Translations under genes and position numbers: made by a program
DNA from: Chiloscyllium plagiosum
Taxonomy: Eukaryota
Assembly: GCF_004010195.1 (NCBI RefSeq)
Contig: NC_057757.1
Coordinates: 9,915,768-9,979,767, forward strand
DNA: 64,000 bases
Reading direction: 5' to 3'
The notes under the pieces: model-generated
What the model was told of the DNA's origin: nothing
The model's input: the letters and a program-made list of their open reading frames with translations, nothing else
Database searches by the model: none
Shown here: positions 50,281-62,535 of the stretch, in pieces
Position numbering within the stretch: the stretch's first letter is position 1
Layout of the letters: each line of letters begins with the position of its first letter

Positions 50281-51099
50281 AGATAGGTTTGGTCTGGTTG
50301 GAACGGAGGGTCGATGTGGACTCAATGGACCGAATGGTCCACTTCCATGATTTTATGATTCTAACTATTTTTATCATATTATACAACACCTTGAGGCAGG
50401 TGGGACTAAAACCCAAACCTTCTGGATGAGATAAAGTCAAACTACTATTGAGCCACAGGACCCTCATTAAAAGAGAATATCAGTAATGGTGACCACCAGG
50501 TAAATCTTGTAAAAATCCACTTGTTTCACTAATGCCCTTCAGAGAAGGAAATCTGCTGGTCTGGCCTACATGTGACTCCTGACTCACAGCAACATTATTA
50601 TCTCCTAATCCCTCGTACATAGAGATGAATCACTATTGCTGACCCCACCTGAGACATCCACATCCCATGTAAGGATAAAGGTAAACAAATTAAGCCCTTG
50701 TTGGCATATGCTGAACGGGCTCCATATTCTAACTGAGGAAGCTACCCATAATTCATGAGTATTGTCCGATAGTTTTTAAATATTCACAGACTCTCCAGCA
50801 CTGTGACACTGATCATTTTCCCATTGAATCCTAACAATATAAAAGATCCAACGGTGTTGAGGAGTCAAGACGAACAAACATTGAGCTGAAATTTGAATGG
50901 AGGCCAAAGGAAAATCCAAAAGTGGTGAATAAAAATTATTTTCGATGAAGGGGGTCAACCAGCTATTCTGAGCTTTGAATAGAACTTCCATCCTTGATTC
51001 CCTCATTATTTTAGGGGCATTATTGACCAAAAATGGAACTAGATCAGTCCAATCGACATTCTCGTTGGAAGGGCAGGGTAGAGACAGAGCATTCTGCCT

Positions 51100-51575
51100 C
51101 ACCTTTTGACTCCTCAGTCTACCATCTGCAAGTCTAGGAACCTAATGGAAATTTTTTCCAGGATGAGTGCAGCTGCAATAAAACTCAAGAATCTTGACAA
51201 GGCATGAGATGACGCAGTTCATTTAATTGATAATAAGAACCCACCTCATATTGGTGAACTAAGACAATGGTTTACCACCATAAGCACACACTGTAGCAAG
51301 TCTACATCAATCGGAACTCCCATCTCTACCAGAAGAACAAGAGCATTAATGTTGTGGTAGCATCATCATCCCCATGTTCACCTTGAAGCCAAATACGATC
51401 TCAACTTGTCAATATATCAGTGTTCACGTGTCATTGTTAGGCTAAAATTTTAGAACTATCAAAACAGGGCTCCACCTGCACCATAAGGATCACATTCAAA
51501 AAGAAAGCTGGTCACTGTCCTCTCTGGCACAATTATGGAGATTGGCCTTACCAGTGTTGACTGATTCATTTAACA
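51100..51575 (+). mobile_element. Ancient LINE 3' fragment whose tail resembles that of the second SINE family
   Basis: Degenerate ..GGATGAGTGCAGCTGCAATAAAACTCAAGAATCTTGAC.. and a GGCACAATTATGG..GGCCTTACCAGTG end. Confidence 0.45.
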
Positions 51576-52322
51576 GACACTTGTCTCATTTCACATTGCT
51601 TCAGTGTCTTTACATGTTTAGATACCAGACAAACGGGAGGCTGGAAGAACACAGCAAGCCAGGCAGCAGCAGGAGGTGGAGAAGTCAACGTTTCAAATAT
51701 AACCCTGCTTCAGGACCTGGAGAACAAATTTCAGAGTTAAATGGAGAGCTGATTTCAGCTTTCAGCTTCAGGTAGACTCTTGAGATGGTGATCTAACTGG
51801 TTTGACATTGGAGTTGATTAGTCTGCGATTTGAATGCTATAGCAAATAGTCACACTAATTATATTCACATAAAGAACGCCATATTTTAGACATGCAATTC
51901 AGCCCATCCTCAAAAGTAAAATGTTTACAATGCTTGACTAAACCATTTACAAGTTTTTTTACTTTCATCCTTCATTAAGTTTTTCAGAGGAATGGTTTGG
52001 AATTGTTATTTTTCCTGGTCACTGTTATTCCTGAAAATTGGACAGAATATCTGTTGCTGCCCATCTAATAATTGTCTTATGACAAAATGGAGATGCATAC
52101 AGTTCCTCACGGACAGAGTTTGCATTGTTTAATCATTGCCATATGTTGGGTTGGAAATTATATCCAACCGGCCTTTGAAAATATGTGACACTGATCAGTT
52201 ACACATCTCATTCTAATCAAGTCAACCTTCCTATGTAATTCACTGCCTTTCTCATGTTGTATGTCATCCTCTGTGATATCCCTTCATTCTGGAACTCTTC
52301 AAAGTATCTTCAAGAATTGTGG

Positions 52323-52546
52323 AGGAGCAATTTACTGCAGTTGCTGGAATCTGTTCTGAAAACATGAAATGCTGGGGATCACAGGGGGTCAGGCAGCATC
52401 CACGGAGAGAGAGCAAGCTAACGTTTGAGTCTAAATGACTCTTCATTAAGGCTTCATCTAGAGTCATCTATACTTGAAAAGTTAGCTTGCTTTCTCTCCA
52501 TGGATGCTGCCTGACCTGCTGTGATCTCCAGCAATTTTGTTTTCAG
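52323..52546 (-). mobile_element. Penelope-derived hairpin (family A relative)
   Basis: Inverted arms GGTCAGGCAGCATCCACGGAGAGAGAGCAAGCTAAC and GTTAGCTTGCTTTCTCTCCATGGATGCTGCCTGACC, with the tail on the left. Degenerate flank repeat TTCAAGAATTGTGG / TTCAAATATTATGG. Related fragments lie at about 14135, 15625, 22870 and 51635. Confidence 0.75.
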
Positions 52547-53049
52547 TTCAAATATTATGGGCCTGAATCAGTTCACTCAACTTGATATCTGCAGAAATAT
52601 TGACTTCATTCCAAAAAGAATTTGAGGGTTTTTTTTTTGGTTAGTTTTAGAGTATGATAGATTAATAAATGTCACAGGAGACAAATTAAATGTCAGTTTT
52701 TGGTGTTATTAAGAGGTGGAGGAATGATTGCGTGTGGAAATGGTGGCACAGCTGTTTAAGTTTTCCTCTTGTCTTGGTTGCTGTTGCTGATGACTGTTGC
52801 TGATTGTTGTACGGCAATCACTGGTTGTAGATGATTTTTTAAAAAACCTGATTAAATTCAATTTAAACTTAGGTTAGCACTGATCAGTTGGCGACAGTCT
52901 AGCTTTTACTGTTGGAAGGCTCTAGGTCCAACTCACTCTAAACATCAGCATCCTAGAATGATACTGAATAAATGTTTTTTGAGGTGCAACGTCTTGATTT
53001 ATTTCTTGTTTGCCCTTATTTACCCTCCCCCTTAAGGTATAATTGTAGA

Positions 53050-53290
53050 AGATGCATCACCTGCCCTTCGACCTCCCGTCTTCTCACTAGTCAAGGCCCC
53101 AAGTATTCCTTTTAAGTGATTAAATTGTACTTCTTTCAATTTAGTACACTGTATTCATTGCTCACAATGTGGATTCCTCTGTAGACCAAACACAGGCAAG
53201 GTAACTGCTTTCAGAATCACCTCAGGTTTGTTGACAAGCGCAACTCCAAGGTTCTGATCATTCGTCAGTTTAGTCCTCCATCTTGTTAAG
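53050..53290 (+). mobile_element. Highly decayed Penelope GIY-YIG fragment
   Basis: CTSFNLVHCIHCSQCGFL remnant homologous to 34850-34890. Confidence 0.6.
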
Positions 53291-53319
53291 ATGCTGACTT
53301 TAAGGACATTGTTGCATTG

Positions 53320-54300
53320 GTGTTGTAGTTCAGAGAAGATTCACTTGGCTGATTCCTGGAAACAACCACATATGCACAGGTTGAACATGTTGTGCCTATA
53401 CGCACTAGCATTTAAAATAATATGAAGTAATCTTGTTTGAACATAGAAAATTTCTATTAGGATGCTGATTTGCTCATAAGGCCTTAATCTAGAGTACTAT
53501 TTACAGTTTTGGTTTCCTTACTTGAGAAAGGATGTATTGGCACTGGAGGGGGTGCAGACAGGTTCACTAGGTTGATCCTGGAGTGGAGAGAGTTGGCATG
53601 TGAGGAGCAATTCATTGGAACTTAGAAGAATGGGGGAGGGGGGGATCTCATAGAAACATATAACATTATGAAGGGAATAGATAAGATAGAAGCAGGGAGG
53701 TTGTTTGCACTGGTGCGTGAAAATAGAAGTAGGGAGCATAGCCTCAAAATAAGGAGGATCAGATTCAGAACTGAGTTAAGGAGGAATGTCTTCACCCAAA
53801 GGGTTGTGAATCTGTGGAATTTCCTGCCCAGAGAAGCAGTTGAGACTACTTTATTGAATGTTTTTAAGGCAAAGATAGATAGATTTTTGAACAGTAAAGG
53901 AATTAAGGATTACTGTGAGAGGGCGGGTAAGTGGAGCTGAGTCCAGGAAAAGATCAGCCATGATCTTATTGAATGGTGGAGCAGGCTCAATGGGCCAGAT
54001 GGCCTACTCCGACTCTTATTTCTGATGTTTTTATGTAGATCTAGTTGTTTCAAATAAGGGGTTCCCTACATAAGAAGGGGATGAGGAGGAATCTCATCTT
54101 TCAGAGGGTGATGAATGTTTGGAGTTTAGTCCCCCATTACGCAGTGCAGGATGGACCATTGAAATGTTAAAGACTGAGTTAGATGGAGTTTTGATTGACA
54201 AGGAAGTGAAGGGTATGAAGGCCAGACAGGCCCTAAGGCCTCAATTAGAATTACCTGGGGCCTACCTCTGTCCCCATTTCCTATCTTCTTATGTAATGCC
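53320..54300 (+). mobile_element. Nested CR1 3' fragments
   Basis: ORF 53668..53940 reads FTQRVVNLWNFLP. Confidence 0.85.
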
Positions 54301-54818
54301 TATTATCTGAAAATGGTGCAATGGACAATTACTCAAATATATTAGAAGCAAATGCTATTGACACCTTGTCTCGACATTATCTGAGCATCTAATTTAATCA
54401 TCTCTGGTACCAATTTAGTTTCGCCTGATTAAATGTTGACTGAAATCTCATTCTAAATCTTAGTATCCCCATGAATTTGAATATTAAAACTTGTCCAATC
54501 TAATAGTTATTGACTAACTATATTGCAGACAGTTGTTAAGATGTATCATTCCTTGCCATGTAACTATTATACCTGTCTATTTTGTTTATCCTGTGTTCCA
54601 GATAATTGATTTGTTCTTTGAAGCTCGATTGATTCATTTCAATTGCGTTTATAGATTCACTGGTATGTAATGGAAGGCTGGAGTGTGTATACTGTTTGTA
54701 TTGTCTTCTGAAAACTGTCGATTGTTAGCACTTTTCTCACCTGTGACACTCAAACCAACAACTTCAAACAGCAAGGCCTACAAACCTACAAACTCAAATA
54801 GCCTTCAAAACTCTTGAC

Positions 54819-55033
54819 CTGAAAATGTGTTGCTGGAAAAGCGCAGCAGGTCAGGCAGCATCCAAGGAACAGGAGAATCAATGTTTTGGGCATAAGCCCT
54901 TCTTCAGGAATGAGGAAAGTGTGTCCAGCAGGCTAAGATAAAAGGTAGGGAGGAGGGACTTGGGGGAGGGGCGTTGGAAATGTGATAGGTGGAAGGAGGT
55001 CAAGGTAAGGGTGATAGGCCGGAGTGGGGTGGG
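54819..55033 (-). mobile_element. Penelope family A 3' fragment
   Basis: Nearly identical to 56006-56140 and to the reverse complement of 56341-56520. Confidence 0.85.
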
Positions 55034-55858
55034 CACGAAGAGGGCTAAAAAGGGTCATGAAATAGCTTTAGCAAACAGAGTTAAGGAAAATCCCAAAGCC
55101 TTTTATTCATATATAAGGATCAAAAGGGTAACTGCTGAAAGGGCTGACCCACTCAACGACAAAAGAGGAAAGATATGCGTAGCCTCAGAGAAGATTGATG
55201 AGATTCTTAATAAGTACTTTGCATCGGTATTCACCAAGGAAAGGGACATGGCAGATGGTGAGGTTAGGGATAGGTGTTTGATAACTCTAGGTCAAGTCAG
55301 CATGAGGAGGCAGCAAGTGTTGGTCTGGTCGCCACATTACCAAAAGGATGTAGATGCTTTGGAGAGGGTGTGGAGGAGGTTCACCAGGATGTTGCCTGGT
55401 ATGGAGAGCACTAGCTATGAAGAGAGGTTGAGTAGATTAGGATTATTTTCATTAGAAAGACAGAGGTTGAGGGGGGACCTGATTGAGGTCTACAAAATAG
55501 TGAGAGGTAGAGACAGGGTGGATACCAAGAAGCTTTTTCGCAGAGTTCGGAACTCAAATTACTAGGGGTCACGAGTTCAAGGTGAGAGGGTAAAGGTTTA
55601 GAGGTGATATACATGGAAAGTTCTTTATGCAGAGGGTGCTGGGTGTCGGGAAAGCATTGCCAGAGGAGATGGTAGAGGTGGGCTCGATAGCGTCATTTAA
55701 GATGTATCTAGACAGATACATGAATGGACAGGGAGCAAAGGGATACAGATCCTTAGGAAATATGTGGCAAGTTTACCTCAAGGATTTGGATCAGTGCAGG
55801 CTTGGAGGTCTGAAGGGCCTGTTCCTGTGCTGTAATTTTCTTTGTTCTTTGTTCTTCT
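55034..55858 (+). mobile_element. CR1 ORF2 fragment with a large internal deletion and 3' end
   Basis: KRAKKGHEIALANRVKENPKAFY is joined directly to VWSPHYQKDVDALERV. Confidence 0.9.
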
Positions 55859-56005
55859 TGTTCTATACAGACAGTTGCCCGTGGCTTGAATTGAACCCAG
55901 GTCTGTGAGGCAGCAGTGCCATCCCTGACTGATATCTTCCCTCATTTTCTACCTTTAAGGCACTTCTTAAAGCTTAGTCCCCTTTGACCAAGCTTTTGAT
56001 CATCC

Positions 56006-56555
56006 CTTCTTCAGGAATGAGGAAAGTGTGTCCAGCAGGCTAAGATAAAGGTAGGGAGGAGGGACTTGGGGGAGGAGCGTTGGAAATGCGATAGGTGGAA
56101 GGAGGTCAAGGTGAGGGTGATAGGCCGGAGTGGGGTGGGAGCGGAGAGGTCAGGAAGAAGATTGCAGGTTAGGAAGGCGGTGCTGAGTTCGAGGGATTTG
56201 ACTGAGACAAGGTGGGGGGGGGGGGAAATGAGGAAACTGGAGAAATCTGAGTTCATCCCTTGTGGTTGGAGGGTTCCTAGGCGGAAGATGAGGCGCTCTT
56301 CCTCCAACCATCATGTTGCTATGGTCTGGCGATGGAGGATCCTCCTTCCACCTATCGCATTTCCAACACGCCCCCCCAAGTCCCTCCTCCTACCTTTTAT
56401 CTTAGTCTGCTTGGCACACTCTCCTCATTCCTGAAGAATGGCTCATGCCCGAAACGTCGATTCTCCTGCTCCTTGGATGCTGCCTGACCTGCTGCGCTTT
56501 TCCAGCAACACATTTTCAGCTCTGATCTCCAGCATCTGCAACCCTCACTTTCTCC
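56006..56555. mobile_element. Penelope family A inverted pair (minus 56006-56338; plus 56341-56555)
   Basis: EEERLIFRLGTLQPQGMN on minus. The plus arm ends in the tail CTCTGATCTCCAGCATCTGCAACCCTCACTTTCTCC. Confidence 0.88.
56427..56462 (+). ncRNA. Minimal hammerhead ribozyme motif
   Basis: ATTC-CTGAAGA-A-TGGC TCAT GCCC-GAAA-CGTC-GATT, with a canonical GUC cleavage triplet. Confidence 0.65.
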
Positions 56556-57112
56556 TTTCCCCAATTTAGCAAATTTCCTTTTGGGTCACTCTTGTCTTTG
56601 TCCATGAGTATTCTAAAACTTACAGAATTGTGATCACTATTCCCAAAGTAATCCTGTACTGAAACTTCAACCACCTTGCCGGGCTCATTCCCCAATACCA
56701 GGCCCCTTTCCAAATTGGGCTATTTACATACTGCTCTAAAAAAACGCTCCTGGATGCTCCTTACAAATTCTGCTCCATCCAGACCTCCAACACTAAATGA
56801 ATCCCAGTCTATGTTGGGAAAATTAAAATCTCCCATCACTATCACCCTATTGCTCCTACATCTTTCCATAATCTGTTTACATATTATCTCAAGTTCGCTG
56901 CTGGGAGGCCTGTAGTACAGCCCCAACATTGTTACCACGCCCTTCTTCTGCCCATATTGTTTCACTTCTGAGTCCTCCATAGTGCTCTCCTTCAGCACAG
57001 CTGTGATATCCTCTCTGACCATTAATGCAACTCCTTCACCCCTTTTACCTCCGTCTCTATCCAGCCTGAAGCATCTTTATTGTTATATTTAGTTGTTAAT
57101 CTTGCCCTTCCC

Positions 57113-57343
57113 TCAAGACATGGGTTCAATTCCCACCTCAGGCAACTGTGGAGTATGTACATTCTCCCTGTGTCTCCGTGGGTTTCCTCCCACAGTCCAA
57201 AAATGTGCAGGTTCGATGAATTGGCCATGCTAAATTGCCTGTAGTGTTAGGTGTAGGGGAATGGGTCTGGGTGGGTTGCTCTTCAGAGAGTTGGTTGGGC
57301 TGAAGGGCCTGTTTTTACACTGTTGGGAATCTAATCTAATCTA
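57113..57343 (+). mobile_element. HE1-type V-SINE in CR1
   Basis: B box GGTTCAATTCC, V domain and CTAATCTAATCT tail. Confidence 0.85.
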
Positions 57344-58630
57344 TTCCCCTTGGTCACGCTGACTTTATTATCTAGTCCCTTACAGACTTTAGTTATTACC
57401 TCCTTACTATCCACTAACCTCCTCATTTGGTTCCCATCCTCCTGCCACATTGGTTTAAACCCTCCCCAACAACGTTAGCAAATGTGCTCCCAAGGACATT
57501 GGTTTCAGTCCGGCTCAGGTGTAGACCATCCAATTTGTAATAGTCCCACCTCCCCCAGAACCGGTTGCCATGTCCCAAAAATCTGAACCTCTTCCTCCTG
57601 CACCGTCTCTCAAGCCACACAATCATCCTGTCTATTCTTTCATTTCTACTCTGACTAGCATGTGGGACTGGTGGTAATCCTGAGATTGCGACCTCTAAGG
57701 TCCTACATTTTAACTTGATTCCGAACTCCCTAAATTCTGCTTGTAGGACCTCATCCCATTTGTTTATCTATATCATTTGTGCCTTTATGCACCACGTCAA
57801 CTGGCTGTTCACCCTCCCCCTTGAAAATGTTCTGAAGCTGATCTGAGACATCCCTGACCTGTGCCCCTGGGCGGCAACATACCATACGGGAGTCTCGTTT
57901 TCGACCACAGAATCATCTATCCATTCCCTTTACAATTGAACCCCTCTGACTCTCGCCCTTCCACTCTTTTTCCTGCCCTTCTGTACAGCAGAGCCAGCCA
58001 GCTACTGCTGCCTTCCCCTGGTGAGCCATCTCCCCCAGCTATGTCCAAAACCGGATACCTGTTTTGGAGGGAGATGACCACAGGGGACACCTGCACTGCC
58101 TCCCTGGTTTTTCTCTGCCTTTTGGTCACCCATTCCCTTTCTCCCTCAGCAATCCTAATCTGCAGTGTGACCAATTCACTAAATGTGCTATTTCTGACCA
58201 ACTCAGCATTGCACATGCTCCAAAGTGAGTCCATTTGCAGCTTCAGAGTCATCATGCGGTCTAACAAGAGCTGCAGCTGGACACACTTCCTGCACGTGAA
58301 GGAGTCAGGGACGTCCCTGAGCTCCCACATTGAGCAAGAGCAGCATAACACAGGTCTGAGATCTCCTGCCATTTTTACACTTAAGCTTAACTTAGTCCAA
58401 CCATAATATCAATCAATAGATAAATGAAAAAGGAAAATAAAGAAAAAAATGTTTACCAATCACATGAGAAAAAAAGAAATAGAAAAGCCTTACATTATCA
58501 ACACACCATTTAGTTTTTTTGGTCAGAGGAGGAGGTTGGTTGGGAGACTCCACATGTGTTGTGTCTCGGGTTCAGCTGCTGCTGAAATGTATCAGGTCAC
58601 TCACCTTCCCAGAGCGCAATTCGACTGGTA

Positions 58631-58746
58631 CCACTCAGCTCCTCACTCTCCCTGCTCCCACTCAGCTCCTCACTTTCCCCACTCCCACTCAGCTCCTCAC
58701 TCTCCCCGCTCCCACTCTGCTCCTCACTCTCCCTGCTCCCACTCAG
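58631..58746. repeat. 27-bp tandem repeat, about 4.3 copies, at the CR1 5' end
   Basis: Unit CCACTCAGCTCCTCACTCTCCCTGCTC starts at 58631, 58658, 58685, 58712 and 58739. Confidence 0.9.
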
Positions 58747-59504
58747 ATTACCTGGAGCCTTAATCTGTAATTCTTTATAAGCACTGCCCTCTCTTCCTAT
58801 TCCCTGTAAATAGTGATGAATAATGAAGCCTGCTAAAGCTCATTGCAAACATATAAGCCTCACATTCCTCCATGCTAGAGCAATGACTGGATCCATGGCA
58901 CCAGAAGCAAAATGGCAGGAAAGGCCTGAGTGAAGCCCACAGATGGTACAGTGATATAGGGAAATAGGAGTCAGCCCAATGATCCACCCCAAAAGTGCAG
59001 GGTGGGGATAGCACCTGACAAGAAGCTCATTGGTGATAGGGATCAAACTGCAGAGAGCAAAAGCCCATGCAAAAGCTGGGAGACCACAGCAGAAGGAACA
59101 GAGCAGGGAGTGTGAGAAACGACAAGTAAACAAGACATACAAAACCTAACTCAGCCTCTGAGAGTAAATGATTAGAGTGAATTGAAGGAACTTTCAGTGG
59201 TGGGGTAGGGACATAAAATCAGAAAATCCACCATCTATACGACAAGGCACGGCCGATTCCATTAAAGAATCCCTTTGGCAGGAAAGCAGCCAAGTCAATT
59301 TTAGAGAGAGTCTCAAGTGCAAAGAGAGACACCAGAGCATAGATGCAGCAGCTACGTAGAAAATTAACCACAGCAGTCTGTGGGCACCCTGGCAGCAGGA
59401 GGCACCCAAGAGCTGGATGAAGTCTTCCTGGGGAAGGTGGCAGGTCCACCTGAACTCTCTGACTTGGGAAGACCCATAGAATGAGCTCTTGTATGCTGGA
59501 GTGG

Positions 59505-59925
59505 ATAAAGCGTGGCGCTGGAAAGCAGAGCAGGTCAAGCAGCATCTGAGGAGCAAGAGAGTCAACATTTCAGTCTTACCCCTTCATCAGGTCTGGGAAG
59601 GGGGAAGGTGGCTGAGAGATAAGTGGGAGAGTGGGTATAGGTCTACGGGAAAAGTAGTTGGGATGGCGATAGTTGGGTGAAGGTAGATGAGGTGTTCCTC
59701 CTCCAGTTGGGGGTGGTGTTGGGTAGGTGGTGGAGGAGGCCCAGAATGGACATGTCTTCAGGGGAGGGGGAGGGGGAATTTGAAATGTATGGCTACAGGA
59801 AGGTGGGGTCGGTTGGTGCGTATGGACTAGAAATATTCCCTGAAATGTTTCATGGGACAAGTTTGTGTCCGGTCTCTCCGATGTAGAGGAGACCACATTG
59901 CTAGTAATGGATGGAGTGAATGAGA
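59505..59925 (-). mobile_element. Decayed Penelope family A fragment
   Basis: GLLYIGETG-like remnant near 59870-59895 and a 3' end with CCTTCATCAGG. Confidence 0.75.
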
Positions 59926-60019
59926 TATGTTGGGAAAAACTAACTCGCAATAATATTGTGGAGGCTGAATTTGTGTATTAGTTTCTTAGAGCTATACAGG
60001 GCAACCACTTTATCTGTTG

Positions 60020-60516
60020 TGGTTCTGTTCGCCGAGCAGGAAGTTTTTGTTGCAAACGTTTCGTCCCCTGGCTAGGCGACATCATCAGTGCTTGGGAGCC
60101 TCCTGCGAAGCGCTTCTTTGATGTTTCCTCCGGTGTTTATAGTGGTCTGTCCCTGCCGCTTCGGGTTGTCAGTTTCAGCTGTCCGCTGTAATGGTTGGTA
60201 TATTGGGTCCAGGTCGATGTGTTTGTTGATGGAATTTGTGGATGAATGCCATGCCTCTAAGAATTCCCTGGCTGTTCTCTGTCTGGCTTGCCCTATGATA
60301 GTAGTGTTGTCCCAGAAGGCAAATGTGCTAAACCCCACTACATTCGTCTTGCTCATGTTGGGTATCGGGTCCTTCGTTCTGGTGAGTTGTTGTCTGAGCA
60401 ACATGAATTCGACTGGGACAACAACTGGGACGAAACGTTTGCAACAAAAACTTCCAGCTCGGCGAACAGAACCACAACAACGAGCACCCGAGCTACAAAT
60501 CTTCGCACAAACTTTG
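60020..60516 (-). mobile_element. Penelope family C (Poseidon/Penelope-like), internally deleted GIY-YIG segment, inverted terminal arm and 37-nt tail
   Basis: LTRTKDPIP..KTNVV / FWDNTTII..REFLEAWHS..SINKHIDLDPIY. Arms at about 60015-60068 and 60428-60480. 17-bp TSD AACCACTTTATCTGTTG at 60003-60019 and 60517-60533. Confidence 0.9.
60051..60092 (-). ncRNA. Hammerhead ribozyme motif (best preserved copy)
   Basis: Minus strand GCA-CTGATGA-T-GTCGCCT AGCC AGGGGAC-GAAA-CGTT-TGC: stem I GCA/TGC, 6 of 7 pairs in stem II, and palindromic AACGTT in stem III. Confidence 0.75.
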
Positions 60517-61084
60517 AACCACTTTATCTGTTGGTATGGTTACCACGATTTCATGTTACCTATGGTTTACTGCAGCCTGAACATATTACATGAAACATTC
60601 TAGAACCAGGGACAACTGGGGGCTGCCAGGGAGGTAAATTTCCCATTTAAATGAATGGGTTTGCTCCTATCCATGGTTTCGGGCATCCGCAGTGGGTCTT
60701 GAAATGTAGCCCCTGTGGATATGGGGGACTACTCTACATTGAGGAAACAAACAGGGATTGGGCTATTTTATGTCTAATATTATGCAAAATGGCTGATTAA
60801 TAATCCTGATGTAATAGACCCCTTAGGAAAAGGTGAGCATAACATCATTTATTTTACATTGTAAAAGTTTGCAAATACTTGAAAAACACAATTGAAAACT
60901 AGGAAAGTATGATGCTATAGGGGACAAAATGGCTATTGTGACTTCAAAAAGTACAAATTTGATGTATGATGCTAAATTGGCAATTTAATAAATTAATTGT
61001 GTAAAATGAAAATATATTCCCTTAATGCACAAAAATCTGGCAAGAGGTGTTCCAACTGTGGCTAACAACAACAAAAAGGCAGTT

Positions 61085-61810
61085 GTGTTCCTCCAGGTGC
61101 TCTGGTTTCCTCCCATGATCCAAAGATGTGCAAGTTAGGTGAATTGACCATGCTAAATTGCCCCATGGTGTCCAGAGATGTGCAGGCTAGGTGTGTTAGC
61201 TATGGGAAAAATGTAGGATTGTAGGGGGATGGCTTTGGGTAGGATACTCTTCGGAGGGTCAATGTGGACTTGTTGGGCCAAATGGCCCGTTTCCACACTG
61301 TAGGGATTCCAAAGTATTCATAATCCACCTAAACATCTTTAGACTGTGGGAGGAAGCCGGAAAATGTATGTGTGGGCGGCATGGTGGCACAGTGGTTAGC
61401 ACTGCTGCCTCACAGCGCCAAAGACCCAGGTTCAATTCCCGCCTCAGGCGACTGTCTGTGTGGAGTTGGCACATTCTCCCCGTGTCTGCGTGGGTTTCCT
61501 CTGGGTGCTCCGGTTTCCTCCCACAGTCCAAAGATGTGCAGGTTAGGTGAATTGGCCATGCTAAATTGCCCGTAGTGTTAGGTAAAGGGGTAAATGTAGG
61601 GGTATGGGTAGTTTGCACTTCGGCGGGTCAGTGTGGACTTGTTGGGCTGAAGGGCCTGTTTCCACACTGTAAGTAATCTAATCTAAAATCTGGAGGAAAC
61701 CCACATAGACACAGGGAGAATGTGCAAACTCCACACAGTCATCGGAGGGTGCATTTGAACCCAAGTCCCTGGCCCTCTGAAGCAGCAGTGCTAACCACTG
61801 AGCCCCCTGC
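61085..61810. mobile_element. V-SINE cluster: plus copy 61085-61310, and a minus copy (about 61325-61810) split by a young plus copy 61373-61687
   Basis: The minus copy's GGAGGAAGCCGGAAAA resumes as TCTGGAGGAAACCCAC after the nested full-length copy. Confidence 0.88.
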
Positions 61811-62358
61811 CACTCTTCAGATCTTACATAAACAATATGAATCAGTATTCTGTTGGATGCAAGAGAAAAAGGAATGGATTGTCTTGGTGGTTGATGCTGC
61901 AGTGAAGAAAATTCTTCAACCTCCCTTCATTGAATGTTGGGGCAGAGCAGATATTAAAGTCTAACTGAGAGGAGAAATGCTTGCTACCCATTGTTACATT
62001 GAAAGAGAGATCACAGAGACCCTGTCTATGTTTCCTAACCACTATTCATCATTTTATTCTTACATGGGATGTAGGTGTCACATGTTTCCCTTCGCTAACT
62101 GAAATATTCCAGAGTGCCATTCTGTTCAAGAAGGCAGTCAACAGTTAACCACATTTCCTAGGTGTGGAGTCACCAGACTAGGGAAGGATGGCAGATTTCC
62201 TTCCCTAAAGGACAGTACTCCATATAAGGTAGCAGTGGTGCCAGTATGTCTGACAAACCACCATGACACCTCCCTTATTTGGTCAATGCAGGAGGCTGCA
62301 GGTTACAGGTTACAGGACAGCTCACACAATTTTTAATCTAGGTCAGAGTTTAAACTAG

Positions 62359-62535
62359 AGCTGAAATTGTGTTGCTGGAGAAGAGCAGCAGGTCAGGCAG
62401 CATCCAAGGAGCAGGAGAATTGACGTTTCAGGCATGAGCCCTTCTTCAAGAATTCCTGAAGAATTCGTGCTGCGCTTTTTCAGCAACACATTTTTCAGCT
62501 CTGATCTCCAGCATCTGCAGTCCTCACTTTCTCCC
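62359..62535 (+). mobile_element. Penelope-derived hairpin (family A)
   Basis: Inverted arms centred on GAATTC, with a tail. 15-bp TSD CAGAGTTTA(A/G)ACTAG at 62344-62358 and 62536-62550. Confidence 0.85.

Larger units (their letters stand above)
56556..58770 (-). mobile_element. CR1 5' half: 5' UTR, ORF1 (zinc finger plus SGNH esterase) and ORF2 endonuclease
   Basis: MAGDLRPVLCCSCSMWE..FTCRKC, FWGRWDYYKLDGLHLS, LYYRPP..VMGDFNFPNIDW and GNSDHNSV. Confidence 0.92.
59997..60734. mobile_element. Tigger/MER44-like DNA transposon MITE, interrupted by Penelope
   Basis: TA at 59995-59996 and 60735-60736. The right end reverse complement GAGTAGTCCCCCATATCCACAGGGG resembles the Tigger-type TIR CAGTAGTCCCCCCTTATCC. 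Confidence 0.6.

Noticed and set aside
54960..55565. 201-aa ORF as a novel fusion gene
   Set aside because: It is a chance in-frame join of antisense Penelope sequence and two deleted CR1 ORF2 segments.
58780..59500. Purine-rich unique region with several short ORFs, possibly a decayed transposon gene
   Set aside because: I could not identify any motif. The same applies to 5400-6050, 7400-7850 and 38400-39230, which may be very old repeats.
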